Below, one piece after another: positions 18,736 to 28,005 of a stretch of DNA of 64,000 nt. Position 1 is the stretch's first letter. Each line of letters opens with the position of its first letter. The notes under the pieces were generated by a model. The model saw only the letters and a list, made by a program, of their open reading frames with translations. It was not told the DNA's origin and did no database searches. Made by a program: the position numbers and the translations under genes. The stretch is from a virus, in the IMG/VR virus record IMGVR_UViG_3300031772_000024, positions 3,888 to 67,887 of that record, one strand, 5' to 3'.

Positions 18736-20034
18736 ATGCGCGTGCGCACCACTTGGAACGAGGAGGCCATCGCAAAGCGAGCCTCAATGGGCAAGCAAGC
18801 CGATCCGTACCTCATGAACCAGGACCATGTGAAGGTTCAACCGAAGGTTGATGCCTACGCGAATGGGGACCCCTCTTCCTGGGCTGAGGACGTGAACGAA
18901 GAGAACCGCTGGGAGGCTGAGTATTCTGGCGGGCAAACATCCCGGAACGAAATCGGGATGCCGGAGCTTCGCAAGGAGACCTTCAACCACCCCGAGAAGA
19001 CTGCGGCCATGGATGAGGCATTCCTGATGAAGAAGGCCGATCTCGCGACGCGCGTCGCTCGGATCATGCTCGGCAAGACGGCGGCGGATGGCGCGGTCGA
19101 GGATCAAGCCCTCGCGCTCATGTACGTCCCGGACACCTCGCTCATCGAGACGTTCACGCGTCTCGCGTCCGAGCAGGGCGAGCAGCAGGAGCAGCAGCAG
19201 TCCCAGAGCCAGGAAGAGGAGCAGCAGCAGAAGCAGGCTGCCGCCAAGAAGGCTCAGGACGAGCAGCAGGCTCAGGGGCAGGAGCAGGCTCAGGGGCAGG
19301 CTCAGGAGCAGCAGAAGAAGCAAGCGGCCCAGGAATGCATCGCTCGGCTTCAGCGTGCCGTGCAGGCGGGTGACCTCACGCAGGTCAACGCGGCTGTTCA
19401 GCAGTTGATCGCTCAGCAGCAGATGCCGCAGCAGGCCGGACAGCAGATGACCCAGCAGAGCCAGGACCAGATCCAGGCGGCGGTCATGGGCATGGTCCAG
19501 CAGGCGCTTCAGCAGGGTCAGCAGGGTCAGCAGCAGATGCCCCAGCAGGGTCAGCAGCAGATGCCTCAGCAGGGTCAGCAGCAGATGCCCCAGCAGGGTC
19601 AGCAGCAGATGCCCCAGCAGGGCCAGCAGATGATGCAACAGGGTCAGATGACGGACGATCTCCTTCTCGACGAGATGCTCGGTGGCCAAGGCCAGATGGG
19701 CGTCAACGAGATGGACATCGAGCTGGAATCCCCCTCGATGGATGTTGGTGAAGTCGACCTCGGCCCCGAGGACGAAGTTCTCCGCAGCCTCTTCGCCAAC
19801 GGCGAAGCGCAGGATGCCCAGCAGGCGCAGCAGGCCGAGCAGGGGAAGCAGGCGGCCTTCGTCAGCCGTACCGCCGCAACGCGTACGGTCGGCACCCGTC
19901 CCACGGTCGGCATCTCTCGTATCGGCGGGTCCGTCGGTATGCAGGGTTCCGCACCCCCCGTTCAAGAGGTCGAGAAGCTCGCGGCCCTCTGGACTTCAGC
20001 CCCGGATGTCAAAGACGTCTTCGGGATGAGGTGA
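18736..20034 (+). CDS. Putative scaffolding/core protein, glutamine-rich
   Basis: Lies between protease and decoration/MCP genes; poly-Q low complexity; repeated KTAA/KQAA. Confidence 0.65.
   Translation: MRVRTTWNEEAIAKRASMGKQADPYLMNQDHVKVQPKVDAYANGDPSSWAEDVNEENRWEAEYSGGQTSRNEIGMPELRKETFNHPEKTAAMDEAFLMKKADLATRVARIMLGKTAADGAVEDQALALMYVPDTSLIETFTRLASEQGEQQEQQQSQSQEEEQQQKQAAAKKAQDEQQAQGQEQAQGQAQEQQKKQAAQECIARLQRAVQAGDLTQVNAAVQQLIAQQQMPQQAGQQMTQQSQDQIQAAVMGMVQQALQQGQQGQQQMPQQGQQQMPQQGQQQMPQQGQQQMPQQGQQMMQQGQMTDDLLLDEMLGGQGQMGVNEMDIELESPSMDVGEVDLGPEDEVLRSLFANGEAQDAQQAQQAEQGKQAAFVSRTAATRTVGTRPTVGISRIGGSVGMQGSAPPVQEVEKLAALWTSAPDVKDVFGMR
19519..19632 (+). repeat. 24-nt tandem repeat (QQGQQQMP) x4 plus a partial copy
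   Basis: CAGCAGGGTCAGCAGCAGATGCCC units at 19519, 19543, 19567 and 19591. Confidence 0.9.
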
Positions 20035-20143
20035 AGTTCCGGAGAGGGCGTCCTAGTGGCCCCCTCTCCAAAAACCAACGCCTGGATTGGCGCCGAGATC
20101 GAATGTGTATTGGTAAGCACCCCAGCATTTAAGGAGACTGAAC

Positions 20144-20776
20144 ATGGCTCTTTCGCCCCTCGGCGGCCAAAGCTCGGGTGACTTCAGGGAGACATCCGCT
20201 CGCGTACAAATCTTCCACGTCGTCACCCGCAACAGCGTGGGTGTCCTGACGCCGGACGCGTTCACGCAGGCGAACCCCCCGATTGTCACCGCAGGCGCCA
20301 ACAAATCCACGACGCTCGCAGGCATCACCAAGGCCGGCGTCCTCGGAGGCAGCGTTGCCTTCACACGCTACGATTACGGCAACGGCTGGATCGGTGGCCC
20401 GATCCAGATCGCATCAGCGTATGACGCGAAGATCCGACCGCTCGGCATCTTCATCAACGACGCCCTCGGCAACGCGTTTGAGAACACGCCTGGCGTGGCT
20501 TCCGGACGCGGACCCTACGTGTGTGGCTCGGGCTCCGTCCTCGGGGTCGCGGTCTACGAGACGAAGATCCAGATCGGCGCCTCCACGGCGCTGACGTACT
20601 CGTCGGGCGATCTCGTGTACGCGTCGGTCAACGGTCTCCTCACGAACCGTGTCCAGGACGCATACGAGTACAACGTCTCGGGTCAGAACCAGGTCTACTT
20701 CCCGGCTGTCATGGGAGTGGTCAAGGTCGCCCCGGATGCAAACAACGCTCTTCTGGTCATCGACCTGAGGGTGTGA
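20144..20776 (+). CDS. Capsid decoration/cement protein
   Basis: Gene immediately before MCP; RPLGIFIND and LTYSSGDLVYASVNGLLTN pattern; AAGGAG SD. Confidence 0.65.
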   Translation: MALSPLGGQSSGDFRETSARVQIFHVVTRNSVGVLTPDAFTQANPPIVTAGANKSTTLAGITKAGVLGGSVAFTRYDYGNGWIGGPIQIASAYDAKIRPLGIFINDALGNAFENTPGVASGRGPYVCGSGSVLGVAVYETKIQIGASTALTYSSGDLVYASVNGLLTNRVQDAYEYNVSGQNQVYFPAVMGVVKVAPDANNALLVIDLRV

Positions 20777-20821
20777 CCTAGCCCGTAACCAGGTAACCCA
20801 AGAAAGCAAAGGGCAAAAGTC

Positions 20822-21724
20822 ATGTTCCCTACGATGGCAATGCAGACCCAGCAGGTCTCCAACGAGGTGAAGCAAAAGATCATCTCGGAGTACATCAAGA
20901 CGGCCGCCGGCCGCGCGAAGCTCGCTGCTTCGATGATCCAGCCGCTCCGCCTCCGCCGTGACTACACGGCAGTCGGCCGCAAGACGTTCCTCGTCGAGCA
21001 GCTTCCGGACGGCGCTCTTCCCATCTACGACAAGGATCCGGATGTTACGGCCTTTGTCGTCGGCGAAGAAGGCGAGAACATCCTCGCGATCCAGAAGCCG
21101 CGCCGCGTGATCTTCCCGCTGTTCGAGGTCGCCTCGAACCCGGAGATCCCGCTCACGCAGATCAAGGAGCGTCGCTTCGACCTCATCGAGCGCAGCCAGG
21201 ACCTCGCGAAGGCGCAGATCCAGGCGGCGGAAGATGAGCGCGTGTTCGCGGTCCTCGACAGCATCGCTGTCTCGGGCTTCGACACCCTCCCTGGCCAGAC
21301 GAACCCGGACGTGGCCGTCGTCGCCCCGATCTCGCCCAGCGTCCTCGCGGATGCCTTCGCCGAGATCGAGCGTCACGACCTCAGGGTTGCTCGCATCTAC
21401 ATGAACGCTGTCGACTACGCGGACATCCGCAAGTTCGGCCGCGACATCCTCGACATCGAGTCGCAGGCGACCCTCCTCAAGACGGGCCTCCAGGCCGTCC
21501 TCTGGGGCGCGCAGATCATCACGAGCCGCCTCGTGCCGGTCGGCTTCGTGTACGTGTGTTGCGAGCCCGAGAACTTCGGTCGCTTCCCCGTGCGCACTGA
21601 GCTGACGGTGCTCTCGGCGGACGACGCGAAGGCGCGCACGATCGGCTTCTCGTGCTTTGAAAATGTCGGCGTCGGGGCCTTCAACCCCCGTGGCCTCACC
21701 CGCATGGTCGTCCAGCGCTTCTGA
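20822..21724 (+). CDS. Major capsid protein (HK97-like fold)
   Basis: ~300 aa; strong codon bias; FEVASNPEI...RRFDLIER...AAEDERVF, GAQIITSRLVPVG, IGFSCFENVG; follows protease-scaffold-decoration order and has a strong terminator. Confidence 0.85.
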   Translation: MFPTMAMQTQQVSNEVKQKIISEYIKTAAGRAKLAASMIQPLRLRRDYTAVGRKTFLVEQLPDGALPIYDKDPDVTAFVVGEEGENILAIQKPRRVIFPLFEVASNPEIPLTQIKERRFDLIERSQDLAKAQIQAAEDERVFAVLDSIAVSGFDTLPGQTNPDVAVVAPISPSVLADAFAEIERHDLRVARIYMNAVDYADIRKFGRDILDIESQATLLKTGLQAVLWGAQIITSRLVPVGFVYVCCEPENFGRFPVRTELTVLSADDAKARTIGFSCFENVGVGAFNPRGLTRMVVQRF

Positions 21725-21763
21725 TAGAAGCCTGGAATTTGCGCTGAATTAGCGCGAATCACG

Positions 21764-21795
21764 AAGGGCTGGCTCCGAAAGGAGTCGGCCCTTTG
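21764..21795 (+). terminator. Terminator after MCP
   Basis: AAGGGCTGGCTCC-GAAA-GGAGTCGGCCCTT-T. Confidence 0.75.
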
Positions 21796-21897
21796 GCGTT
21801 CCATAGTGGAGCATTAACGCATTTACTGAGCACGAGAGCCCGATGTTGAGCGAGGCCGTGGGGTGCCCTCGGGAAGGATCTGCGCTACGACGGATGA

Positions 21898-22848
21898 GTG
21901 CGCGCCATCCCTTGCCCCATCTCTCCGAAGGAACTTCGTCGCCTCTACGTGACTCGGAAGCTGACGGACGAAGAGATCGTTGCCCGCCTCGGGGAGGGCG
22001 CGACGTTGAAGAGGGTCCGGTCCTGGCGAAAGCGGTTAGGCATCGAGACCATCTCCCCGCTCGACCGTCACAAGGTGACGCCAGTTGAAGGGAAGCTGCG
22101 GTCGCTTCTCGTTGGCTCGATGCTCGGTGATGGCCGACTTCATCGGACGCCGAACGGGGCACGCTTCATGGAGAACCACGCCGACGACCAGCGCGAGTAC
22201 ATCGCGTGGAAGGTCAAGCAGTGGGGTCCGTGGGTGAAGGGCGGCTTGAACCCCGTGACGTGGACGAACGACGGAGGCACGTTCCAGGGCTGGCGGTTCC
22301 ACACGGTCTGCCATCCGTCACTCATCGAGTGGCACGCACGCTTCTACGACGAGACGGGACCCAAGCGCCTTTCACGCGAGGTCATCGACTACGTGGACGA
22401 CTTCGCCCTTGCCGTTTGGTTCATGGACGATGGCTCCGTTGGTTGGTGGCCGCGCATCACGTTCGGCATGGACGACGTGAGCCAAGCCATGGCTCTCGCG
22501 ATTTTTGAGCGCTTCGGTTTCGCGCCTCGGTGGCAGATCCACAAGGAGCGGACGGGCGACTTCATCTTCGAGGGCGAAGATCAGGCGGAGCGCTTCCTCG
22601 CGCTCGTGAAGCCGCACATGCCGAAGACGATGGAGCGGAAGCTCACACACGGCTTTCAAGGCCCGCACTACCAAATGCGCAAGGCATTGACGCCCGAGGC
22701 GCTCCGAGAGTTAGCCTCGAAGGGGGTGCCCATTCGGCGCATGGCTGTCATGCTCGGGCAGACCCCGAGTAGCGTCAACCGCTTCCTTAAGCACTTCGGC
22801 ATCGAGCACCCGCGTAAGGTTGGGCGTCCGCTGCGCAATGCGGTGTAG
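21898..22848 (+). mobile_element. Free-standing LAGLIDADG homing endonuclease with terminal HTH segments
   Basis: LVGSMLGDG and ALAVWFMDDG motifs; HTH-like N- and C-termini. Confidence 0.88.
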
Positions 22849-22858
22849 TTGCCGGATC

Positions 22859-23233
22859 ATGACCATGAACGAACAGAGCACTGGGGGCACATCGAGGAGC
22901 AAAACGCGGGCGATGCACTGGTTTCCGCTCGCCTACGCAACGGATGGTGGCCTCTCAGAGATTCGTTGCCAGGTGTGTGGAGGCCAATGCGGGCATTTGG
23001 CGCAGGCATGGGCCGACAACATGAACGAGCGCGTCGTCTACACGGGCAAGAAAAAGGCGGTGTCGGCTACGGAGGCGTCCTACGGATCCGAAGTTGGGTG
23101 GATCGCGACATACGAAACCTGCCCTCACGTCATCCGCTTCAGGGTCAAGTTCCACAAGGGTTCGACGTACATCGAGTGGCTGGACGCCACTTCGGAAGCG
23201 TTGGACTACGAAGAGGAAATGCCGCGCGGGTGA
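22859..23233 (+). CDS. Hypothetical zinc-binding protein
   Basis: CQVCGG..GH...CPH...FHKG; 11 nt after GGTGTA. Confidence 0.65.
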   Translation: MTMNEQSTGGTSRSKTRAMHWFPLAYATDGGLSEIRCQVCGGQCGHLAQAWADNMNERVVYTGKKKAVSATEASYGSEVGWIATYETCPHVIRFRVKFHKGSTYIEWLDATSEALDYEEEMPRG

Positions 23234-23245
23234 CTTCCCGGTCAG

Positions 23246-23277
23246 CGAGGGCTGGCTCCGTGAGGAGTCGGCCCTCG
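23246..23277 (+). terminator. Near-copy of the MCP terminator hairpin
   Basis: CGAGGGCTGGCTCC-GTGA-GGAGTCGGCCCTCG. Confidence 0.65.
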
Positions 23278-23417
23278 TAGCTTTTGTGGTTGCGAACCGC
23301 GGTGGCCTCCTCTTTCAAACCCACGCTTCCGTGTGTGAGCATGGAGTCACTAGGGGCATATACAAACCGCGTGCCCACGGAGGGTTGAGACGCTGCATCT
23401 ACTTCTGACTTTTTGAA

Positions 23418-23481
23418 GTATGGGTCAGCAGTTACTTGGTATGGGTCAGCAGTTACTTGGTATGGGCCAGCATTTATTGGG
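23418..23481 (+). repeat. 21-nt tandem repeat x3 (MGQQLLG)
   Basis: GTATGGGTCAGCAGTTACTTG twice exactly, third copy diverged. Confidence 0.85.
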
Positions 23482-23971
23482 CTGGGTGAAGGCTCACCAC
23501 CATCTGTTTCCCTGGGTGGTCAGCGCGATCTCCGGGCTGATGCAGTTGGTTACGTTCATCTACTATCGGAAGCTCGTCCGAGAGGCTCGGAAGCTCCGAA
23601 GCGAGATGGCCACACGAACTGCGACGCAAGCCATGTTGCGACGCTTCGCGAACGAGCTGAATCGTCTGTCAAAGATGCTGATCTTGCAGGACCAGCGCAT
23701 CGTGGACGTTGAGATTCAGCATGAGGAAATCTCACGCTGGACCGAGACCACAATGCAGACCCCGGCGATCCGAGGGACGATCCCGTTTCCAGCGTTTCGA
23801 CAGCCGTCGATCCACACGGAAAGCCGAAAGGCGATCTACCCTAGGGAGTTCACGACGCTCATCCCGGATGGCAGCCCTACGCCCTCCGAGGTCGATCTAT
23901 CGTGGCCCGACGATACGGACCCAGACATCGACGCGACCCGCATCGAGGGCCGGAAGAAACTGCGGCGGTAG
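23420..23971 (+). CDS. Single-pass membrane protein with coiled-coil tail
   Basis: Hydrophobic LFPWVVSAISGLMQLVTFIYY followed by RK; three alternative in-frame ATGs arise from the repeat. Confidence 0.55.
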   Translation: MGQQLLGMGQQLLGMGQHLLGWVKAHHHLFPWVVSAISGLMQLVTFIYYRKLVREARKLRSEMATRTATQAMLRRFANELNRLSKMLILQDQRIVDVEIQHEEISRWTETTMQTPAIRGTIPFPAFRQPSIHTESRKAIYPREFTTLIPDGSPTPSEVDLSWPDDTDPDIDATRIEGRKKLRR

Positions 23972-23998
23972 TCCACCTTTCGGAAGCGCACTCTCAGG

Positions 23999-24376
23999 AT
24001 GACCATCCCCGCGAACGACAGGCGTTGGAAAGCTGCGAGCGTGCCCCACGCTCCCTTCGAGAGCTTCGACATCACCTACGCAGAGCTATCGAACCTCGGG
24101 GGCTTCTACCCAACCGAAGGGGATCGGGGCGGCGGCCTCGTTGCGGAGCTGGTTCGGCGCCTTGGGCAGGAGTGGATGGTGGGTGACCCGGAGCGCGCGC
24201 GGGACGTGCGCATCGGCACGGTCTACGTGAAGGTCGACCCCGATGGGACGCTCCACCTCGACTTCATCCCGCGGAACCCGGGCGTCCTATGGGACCGCGA
24301 CCATGGACGGTGGAAGGTGCAGCTCGTGGGCGGGCAGCTTCGTTTCGACGCGGACGGCTACGGGCCTACGCCATAG
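23999..24376 (+). CDS. Hypothetical protein with MTIPANDRRWK leader
   Basis: Leader and upstream DNA are shared with 24403. Confidence 0.7.
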   Translation: MTIPANDRRWKAASVPHAPFESFDITYAELSNLGGFYPTEGDRGGGLVAELVRRLGQEWMVGDPERARDVRIGTVYVKVDPDGTLHLDFIPRNPGVLWDRDHGRWKVQLVGGQLRFDADGYGPTP

Positions 24377-24402
24377 TTCACCTTTCGGGAGCCGGACTCA
24401 AG

Positions 24403-25098
24403 ATGATCATCCCGCCGAGCGACCGCCGTTGGAAGTATGGTGGCTACGACTACAGCGACGCGTGCGCGAACCTCACCGTCCAGATCCGGGAGAAGATGGA
24501 GCCCCTCTGGAAGAGGCTTCAGAAGGCGTCCTCTGGTCTGACGGGGTTCAGTCTCCAGTACGGGTACCACTTCAGTAAGGTTTCCGACGCCTTGTCGAAG
24601 GCCGCGCCAGCCACCAGCAAGAGTACGTACTACAAGCGCAAGGCGCTTCGTGAAGCCCTTGAGTCGACGGGCGCGTGGCGCACCACTTACGATGCCGTGG
24701 CGAGCGCCGACAAAGCCATCTGGAGCTTGAAGGACGGTGTGAAGGAGAGGCAGGCCTCTCTCAGCTACTCTGACCTCGAAGAAATCTACGTCACTCGTGC
24801 CATTGAGCGTCTTGGGGCTGCCCATATCGGGCTGGCGGAGGCGAAGGCGCTCCTTGATACAGGCGCCGTGTCTAAGGTGCTGCTCGATGGCTTCGAGAAA
24901 CTCCAGGCCATGGTGGATGGATCGGAGATGCCCGCCTCCGACAAGAAGGTGCTGAAGAAGCTCGCCACGGTCGCTACGCTGAACGCTACGAAGGAACTTC
25001 AGAAGGCCGATCCGGAGATCCATGTCGTACGGGACGAGCTGTCCGCGCTCGTGAGCGGCGCGCAGAAGAAGCTCCAAGGCCCTTTCAGGGACCGATGA
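24403..25098 (+). CDS. Hypothetical helical protein with MIIPPSDRRWK leader
   Basis: Leader and upstream DNA are shared with 23999. Confidence 0.7.
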   Translation: MIIPPSDRRWKYGGYDYSDACANLTVQIREKMEPLWKRLQKASSGLTGFSLQYGYHFSKVSDALSKAAPATSKSTYYKRKALREALESTGAWRTTYDAVASADKAIWSLKDGVKERQASLSYSDLEEIYVTRAIERLGAAHIGLAEAKALLDTGAVSKVLLDGFEKLQAMVDGSEMPASDKKVLKKLATVATLNATKELQKADPEIHVVRDELSALVSGAQKKLQGPFRDR

Positions 25099-25502
25099 TG
25101 TTGGCTGCGAAGCGTGTCCTTGCCAGGTACCTCGTGGCGAGCTTCGCGGAGGAGCGGGCGCGCATCCTTGCCTGGCTGGACGGCTTCGGTGACCCGCTGA
25201 CGCTCTTTCGAGCCGTGAGGGTCGAGGACATCCAGAACATCGACTACGACAAGCTTGGGCAGTTTTGGACGCCGGAGAAGGCAGCGGCCCACTCGCCCTA
25301 CGGTGTCTCGGGCAAAGGGACCGAGGTCATCATCGAGGCGGTGGCCCGGCGTAAGAACGTGGACGAGGTGGCGACGGTAGCCACGTTCCGGCGCTACCCC
25401 GACGAGAAAGAGGTACGCATGGAGGCGAGCGCCCCGGTCGTCGTGAAGGGCGTGTACACGCGCGCGGGCTTCGTGCCCGTCCACAGGCAGGGGCGCGTCT
25501 AG
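25095..25502 (+). CDS. Putative ADP-ribosyltransferase-fold protein
   Basis: LFRAV (R), LGQFWT (S/T strand) and DEKEV (ExE) in R-S-E order; N-terminal RVLARYLVAS leader. Confidence 0.55.
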   Translation: MMLAAKRVLARYLVASFAEERARILAWLDGFGDPLTLFRAVRVEDIQNIDYDKLGQFWTPEKAAAHSPYGVSGKGTEVIIEAVARRKNVDEVATVATFRRYPDEKEVRMEASAPVVVKGVYTRAGFVPVHRQGRV

Positions 25503-25523
25503 GCCCTGGTGTAAGACGGGGCG

Positions 25524-26351
25524 ATGCCCATCGCCGCGACCGTGGTCTCTGCCGTCCTCCAGGAACTGACGCGTACCGGCTGCCTCGTGTCCCCTGGCCC
25601 TGCGCGTTATGCCGTTCGTCTGGCCCTCACGAACCCGAAGGGGTCGACCACGCTTGTCCTCGACAACGAAGACGTGTTGCACGTGGCGCGGGGTAGGCTC
25701 GACCTGGAGACCCCGGTCATGGACATCGTGAGCCCTATGGCCGGACCGGAAGCCGAAGCATGGCGAGCGGCCTCGCTCGAAACCGCTCCGAAGAAGGAAG
25801 GCCCTGCCCCCAAGAAGCAAAAGGACATGACCCAACTGGACCTCGTGCTCCTTGCTCGCGAGCACTGCGGAAAGCCAGAGGTCTTCAACCCTACGAAGAG
25901 GCCTTCCCCCTGGGACCGACTCTTTGAGGAACAAGCACATCGAATGGCGGACGTCCCTGCTCCCTTGGGCGTCGTCATTGAGGCGGTCGCGCTCAGTGCC
26001 CTTGAGCAGTGGGACTCGATCTTCGATAGGGCGCACAAGGATCTCTTCGGGATCGACAAGGGCCTTGCGAACTTCGATGACGCCCTGGACAGCCTCGAAG
26101 ATGCACGCATGGGATCCGGGACACTTACGAATGCCGCGCTTCGTATTGGTACCCTGCGCGCTAAGATCAAAGGGGGGTCGGGCAGTCGATCCCGATACGC
26201 TGTTGGCCGCTTGGAGGTACTGGTACTCGCATTGGAGGCCATCTGGACCGGCGATGACGTCGGAGCGCTCCAACTACTTTCAAGGGTCACCCTAGCGCTA
26301 CTTCCGACAGACCCCCTATCGCTACTTCCGCAGTGGGTGAAGGCCCCCTGA
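25524..26351 (+). CDS. Hypothetical protein
   Basis: 10 nt after GGTGTA; long ORF that fills the gap. Confidence 0.65.
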   Translation: MPIAATVVSAVLQELTRTGCLVSPGPARYAVRLALTNPKGSTTLVLDNEDVLHVARGRLDLETPVMDIVSPMAGPEAEAWRAASLETAPKKEGPAPKKQKDMTQLDLVLLAREHCGKPEVFNPTKRPSPWDRLFEEQAHRMADVPAPLGVVIEAVALSALEQWDSIFDRAHKDLFGIDKGLANFDDALDSLEDARMGSGTLTNAALRIGTLRAKIKGGSGSRSRYAVGRLEVLVLALEAIWTGDDVGALQLLSRVTLALLPTDPLSLLPQWVKAP

Positions 26352-26372
26352 TTACGGTGTAGAAGCGGCCCC

Positions 26373-27038
26373 ATGCATGAAAGCTGGAAGGCCGCCCTCT
26401 CCGATGAACTGGCAAAGCCCTACGTCAATGACCTGCTTGACTTCGTTCAGCGCGAACGGGAGAGCCAGACGGTCTTCCCGCCCAAGGGGGAGGTTTTTAC
26501 GGCCTTGGAGACCCCCTTCGATAGCGTTCGAGTCGTCATCCTAGGCCAGGACCCCTACCATGGCCCCGGGCAGGCGCACGGGCTTAGTTTCTCGGTTAAA
26601 CCCGGCGTGGTGCTGCCTCCATCCCTGCTCAACATCTACAAGGAACTGAAGTCAGACGTAGGGTTCACTCCTCCCGGACACGGCTGTCTACTAGACTGGG
26701 CTCGACAGGGCGTGCTACTGCTGAATGCAACGCTCACGGTTCGAGCGCGTGAGGCCGGATCCCACCAAGGCAAGGGCTGGGAGACCCTCACCGATGAGAT
26801 CATCCGCAAGCTGAGTTCACAGAATAGACCCCTCGTGTTCGTTCTCTGGGGTCGGTATGCGCGCGATAAGAAGGCGCTCATCGACACCAGCAAGCATGTG
26901 ATTGTCGAGTCGGCACACCCCTCCCCGATGTCTGCAAGCAGCGGGTTCTTTGGGAGCAAGCCTTTCTCAAAGGTCAATACGGCCCTCGTTTCCTTCAACG
27001 AGAGGCCCATCGACTGGCAGATCGCCCCACTGGAGTAG
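26373..27038 (+). CDS. ung: Uracil-DNA glycosylase (family 1)
   Basis: ILGQDPYH, AHGLSFSV, PPSLLNI, VLLLN, LWG, HPSP motifs. Confidence 0.97.
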   Translation: MHESWKAALSDELAKPYVNDLLDFVQRERESQTVFPPKGEVFTALETPFDSVRVVILGQDPYHGPGQAHGLSFSVKPGVVLPPSLLNIYKELKSDVGFTPPGHGCLLDWARQGVLLLNATLTVRAREAGSHQGKGWETLTDEIIRKLSSQNRPLVFVLWGRYARDKKALIDTSKHVIVESAHPSPMSASSGFFGSKPFSKVNTALVSFNERPIDWQIAPLE

Positions 27039-27039
27039 A

Positions 27040-27351
27040 ATGGCAAGACAGCATCAGGCCGCCCGGGTCATGCAACTTGAGACCGGCCGATCGTATGCGT
27101 GGTGCAACCAGATATGCGAGGAGTTCAAGTCCTTCGCATTCATCATCGCCAAGCACTTCGACACCGCCCCCCTCGGGGTGGTGCTCGGCTTGGCCAAACA
27201 AGTCATCGTTCAAGAAGTGAGGGATGCTGGCCCGGACATCGATGAAGAGGTTCCGCGCTTTCGGAGTCGGAAGGGCGCTCGTATCGTGACCCTCCCCCTC
27301 CCCCCGCAGGACTACGCCGCGGAGGACGTAGAGCACCTCGCCGCGGTGTGA
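27040..27351 (+). CDS. Hypothetical protein
   Basis: ATG 2 nt after the ung stop; GGAG SD. Confidence 0.55.
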   Translation: MARQHQAARVMQLETGRSYAWCNQICEEFKSFAFIIAKHFDTAPLGVVLGLAKQVIVQEVRDAGPDIDEEVPRFRSRKGARIVTLPLPPQDYAAEDVEHLAAV

Positions 27352-27424
27352 ACCCGTCAGGGATGCGACTTTCTCCCGTACGAACCCCGCGCCTGCCGGC
27401 ATCGTTGCGGTGTAGAGAGACCCC

Positions 27425-28003
27425 ATGAGCATCCACGGGAAGAACGCACGCAAAGAAGGCCGGGCGCCCGCGGTCGCTCTTTGGAACCCACGCTTCCCGT
27501 TCAACGTGGGGAGCGCGGTCCGGGCCGCAAGTTGCTTCGGGATCGAGCAGGTGTGGTTCACGGGAGAACGTGTCCAGCTCGCTCTCGACGAGAAAAAGCG
27601 CCTTCCCCGTGAGGAGCGGATGAAGGGCTACAAAGAGGTCGAGCTTCGGAACTACGACCACGTATTCGACCAGTACGACCTGACGCAGGTCACGCCCGTC
27701 GCGGTCGAGCTGCGGCCCAACGCGGAGTCCCTCCCCGCTTTCGAGCACCCGGAGAACCCCGTCTACTTCTTCGGCCCCGAGGACGGGACGATCCCGCAGT
27801 CTGTCCTTCGGCAGTGCCACCGCTTCGTCGTGATTCCGACGCGTCACTGTGTGAATCTGGCGGCGGCGATCTACCTCGTCCTTTACGATCGGATGGTGAA
27901 GACGGCTACGGGGCCGCTCACGATTCGGGACACCCTTGCCGAGTCTCGGTTCGACTTCGCCCACGGCGACCTCTCCGACAAGCTCGGCCTCACCATGGCT
28001 TAG
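27425..28003 (+). CDS. SpoU/TrmH-family RNA methyltransferase
   Basis: PFNVGSAVRAASCFG, YFFGPEDG, IP..CVNLAAA..VLYDR SPOUT motifs. Confidence 0.9.
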   Translation: MSIHGKNARKEGRAPAVALWNPRFPFNVGSAVRAASCFGIEQVWFTGERVQLALDEKKRLPREERMKGYKEVELRNYDHVFDQYDLTQVTPVAVELRPNAESLPAFEHPENPVYFFGPEDGTIPQSVLRQCHRFVVIPTRHCVNLAAAIYLVLYDRMVKTATGPLTIRDTLAESRFDFAHGDLSDKLGLTMA

Positions 28004-28005
28004 GA

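Noticed and set aside
23418-23481. 21-nt direct repeats as a CRISPR array
   Set aside because: The repeats are contiguous with no spacers, in frame with a gene, and there are no cas genes.
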